Below are positions 60,899 through 64,000 of a stretch of DNA of 64,000 bases, piece after piece. Below the pieces are notes generated by a model. That model saw nothing but the letters and a program-made list of their open reading frames with translations, was not told where the DNA came from and searched no databases. The translations under genes were made by a program, and so were the position numbers. How positions within the stretch are numbered: the stretch's first letter is position 1; each line of letters begins with the position of its first letter. This stretch comes from Felis catus (taxonomy: Eukaryota), in contig NC_058369.1 of the NCBI RefSeq assembly GCF_018350175.1, forward strand, positions 10,046,001-10,110,000. Reading direction: 5' to 3'.

Positions 60899-61188
60899 AA
60901 TAAATAAATATTAAAAAAGAAAAAAATTTAAAAAAATTAATTGGTTTAATCATGCGTTTTATTTGTTTATTGTGCAGTGGTTGTTGATGATTTTTTTTTA
61001 AGTTTATTTTATCTTGAGAGAGACAGAGAGCAGGGGCAGAGGGAGAGAGAGAATCCGAAGCAGGTTCTGTGCAGTCAGCGCAGAGCCTGACGCAGGGCTT
61101 GAACTCATGAACCTTTCGATCATGACCTGAGCTGAAGTCAAGAAAGAGTTGGTGGCTTAACTGACTCAGCCACTCCAGCGCGCCCCCT
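60723..61188. mobile_element. 5'-truncated sense CAN-SINE and antisense CAN-SINE, tail-to-tail
   Basis: Long (CT)n and A tail to ~60935; antisense SINE from ~60990. Confidence 0.88.
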
Positions 61189-61776
61189 GATGTACATTTT
61201 AAGAAGATGGCCTTGCCATCTAAGAAGAAGATTCTGTGCAGCATCCCACACCCTGGCGGTGGGAGGGCACCTGGTAATATTGTAGAAAACTGTTTCATTA
61301 CACCCACGAAAGCTGATTCTTCACGCCCCCATGACGGAGCAGTTCCGCTCCTGGGTAAGTAGTCCCAAACTGGAAACCACCCAAATGTCCATAAGAGTAG
61401 ACTGGAGGGGCTAACTGTGGGAGTCCAACACTGGGATACTGCAACACAGACGCATCTCGCAGACAATACTGGCAAAAAGCAGCAAATACAGAAGAAGAAA
61501 TACTGTCTGGTTCCATTTCTACAAAGTTCTAGAACGGGCAAAAGTATTCTGTGATGATGGAAACTGGGACAACGGTTATCCTTGGGCGGGGGGGGGTGGT
61601 GGCCGCTGGAAGGGGCTGGGGGTGGGGGGAGTCGCTGGGGGCTGGGAGTGTTCCATCCTTGATCTGGTGCTGGTAAAACGTTATACTCATTTCATGAGAA
61701 TTCATCGCGTGGTCTGCTTCTGACATGCCCGCTAGGCGGTATGTTTGGCGCGCTCCAGTAAAAGATTTTTAGAACG

Positions 61777-61910
61777 GGGGCGCCTGGGTGGCTCAGTCGG
61801 TTGAGCGTCTGGCTTCGGCTCAGGTCACGCTCTCGCGGTTCGCAGGTTGGAGCCCCGCATCGGGCTCTGGGCTGACGGCTCAGAGCCTGGAGCCTGCTTT
61901 GGATTCTGTG

Positions 61911-61965
<55 letters not shown>

Positions 61966-61979
61966 CCCTCCCCCACTTG

Positions 61980-62011
<32 letters not shown>

Positions 62012-62379
62012 AATATATAAACATTAAAAAAATTAAATGTTTATTTTTAAGAGACAGAGCACGAGCAGGGGAGGGGTAGAACAGGGAGACACAGAACTGG
62101 AAGCAGGTTCCAGGCTCCAAGCTATCAGCACAGAGCCCGATGCAGGGCTCAAACTCATGAGCCACGAGATCATGACCTGAGCCAAAGTCGGACCCTCATC
62201 TGACTGAGTCACCCAGGCACCATAACTTCAAAAAAATGTAATTAAGAGCCAGCTGGCAGGGGTGTCTGGGAGGCTCAGTTAAGTGTCCGACTCTTGGTTT
62301 CAGCTCAGGTCGTGATCTCACCGTTCACAAGTTTGAGCCCGTATTGGGCTCTGCCCTGATTGTGCGGAGCCTGCTTGGG

Positions 62380-62430
<51 letters not shown>

Positions 62431-62485
62431 ATAAATAAAGAGTAAAACCTTGAAAATATAAATAATAATAATAATAATAATAATA
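61777..62485. mobile_element. Three CAN-SINEs (+ ~61777-62033, - ~62036-62222, + ~62259-62485)
   Basis: Heads, (CT)n tracts and tails read directly. Confidence 0.92.
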
Positions 62486-63004
62486 AAGAGCCAGCTTACA
62501 CACACCCACTATACCACTGGATATAGATAACAGGGTGAAACATGACAAGGCCATGCCTTCAACCAGCTCTGTTTGTGCCCTGCGGTGCTGGACCCTGAAT
62601 TTGAGGACACAGTGCTGACCGGGACTCACAGAGCTACCCCCCAGGGGGCACATAGATTGTATGTGGGGATTGGGGTGTGGGGTGTGGAGGAAGAAACAAA
62701 TAAATCTACTCAACAAAATAAGAAAATGCTCAGGAGGCGTTCCAGGGGAGTTCTGCTTTGAGTAATTTCTGAGTAGGGTTTTGTGGGATGAATAGGAGTT
62801 TTCCATAAAGACTGGAATGGCAGACCAGGCAGAGGGAAAAATGTGTGCAAAGGCTTAGGGTTTTTAAAGGATATGCCAGGTTCTTGGAGCTGTAAGTTGC
62901 TCCAAAAGGGTAGCGCAGAGGGTGATAACTAGTCAAAACTAGCCCACAAATATTTTCAGAAATATCTGGATAGAGCTCCTAAGGCTTAAAAATTAATGAT
63001 TAAC

Positions 63005-63213
63005 GTTTTTTATATTGTATATTTTTATTTTGAGAGAGAGAGAGAGCGCGCGCGCAAGTGAGCAGGGGAGAGGGGCAGAGGGAGAGAATCCCAAGGAACC
63101 TCCACACCCAGCACGGAGCCCAATGCGGGGCTCAATCCCACAACCCTGGGCACCGTGACCTGAGCCGAAACCAAGACTCGGATGCTTAACCGACTGAGCC
63201 ACCCAGGCGTCCC
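63005..63213 (-). mobile_element. CAN-SINE
   Basis: ...cttaaccgactgagccacccaggcgtccc. Confidence 0.9.
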
Positions 63214-63219
63214 TAACTA

Positions 63220-63597
63220 ATTAACGATTTTGTATAAAAATCCAGATTTGTGCCCTTCCAAGAAAACCCAGAAAATCGGGTAACCCAGCCAGGACCTGCA
63301 TCCCCACAAGGCAGTAAGAGACCAGAGCATAAGGGGAACGGGCTCTCGCATCCTCCGCGGTCCCCACCACTCCCTATTGCCTCCCAACACAGCGCCTGTG
63401 GGTCCCTTAGCATCTTAACATTTGGCCCACGTTTTACTGCTTTCCCCGTAAAGAGCAAGGTCCAGCCATACTCACATCTCTGTATACAAAAGGAAAAGGA
63501 AATCCAGGAGGACTCCCTGTTCCTAACCCCCAGCTGGCTTTGCTCTCTGTCCTTCCTGCCCGGCGGACCCTGTAGATGTCCGAGTTTGCCACCGCTG
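63220..63597 (+). mobile_element. MER102-like DNA transposon
   Basis: taaaaatccagattt...gtccccaccactccctattg...ccctgtagatgtccgagtttgccaccgctg. Confidence 0.7.
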
Positions 63598-64000
63598 ATG
63601 TAGCATCAGGACCCAAAGCTGGGTCACAGTGGTTTTATGTGCCAGCTCAGAAGTGTCCTTTAGGCTATGGGGAACTCTTGAAAAATGTGTATTCAATTAT
63701 TCAACTGATGGTTGCAGCGGAAGCTGTCGATGCCCCATCCAGACCCCTCCAGCCTCACCGGCTCAGCAGGCTCCCGGCTGCGGTCCAGCTGCCGCTACGC
63801 GCGCGGCTCTCGGCCTTGGGGCTTTCTCCAAAGCTTCTGAAGCCTCCTCTGCCCCGAGCCTGGCAGGTTGCAAGAGCCAGGGAACGGCCCCCCTCCCCGG
63901 GATCGCCTCTCGACCTGACGGGCAGTTGGTGAGCAAACGAGCCGTCTGTCTCTTTCACCTCCCGGCGCCGTCCTGCACCGCCCCCCGGAGGTCCCCAGCG

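Noticed and set aside
1..64000. Prokaryotic-style systems (CRISPR arrays, operons), intact ERV genes, rRNA genes or processed pseudogenes
   Set aside because: The sequence is mammalian. I saw no repeat-spacer array, gag/pol/env frame, rRNA or recognisable retrocopy.

Overview
GC-rich mammalian genomic DNA, very likely felid, judged from dozens of SINEC_Fc-type CAN-SINEs and cat-type L1 3' ends. The left end holds a CpG-island promoter and non-coding first exon on the minus strand, with a splice donor at 1706/1705. I recognise it from memory of the human mRNA 5'UTR as ADGRL1 (latrophilin-1/LPHN1); no alignment was run. The remaining ~61 kb is upstream intergenic DNA, which in human runs toward ADGRE5. 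It is roughly half transposon-derived (CAN-SINE, L1, L2, MIR, MLT1/MLT2/LTR16/MER21/MER31 LTRs, MER20/MER58/MER102), with unique islands that look like promoters or enhancers. I cannot support any protein-coding CDS; the supplied ORFs are GC-rich, repeat-derived or low-complexity. I see no clear new biological system. The best leads are: an orphan CpG island at ~23.9 kb with promoter architecture facing ADGRL1; a candidate microexon or alternative start in intron 1; a uATG and U-tract in exon 1; convergent CTCF motifs; a helically phased homeodomain cluster at ~54.1 kb; RFX boxes; a local duplication; and a poly(A)-only retro-insertion. Repeat subfamily names and most boundaries are by-eye estimates.
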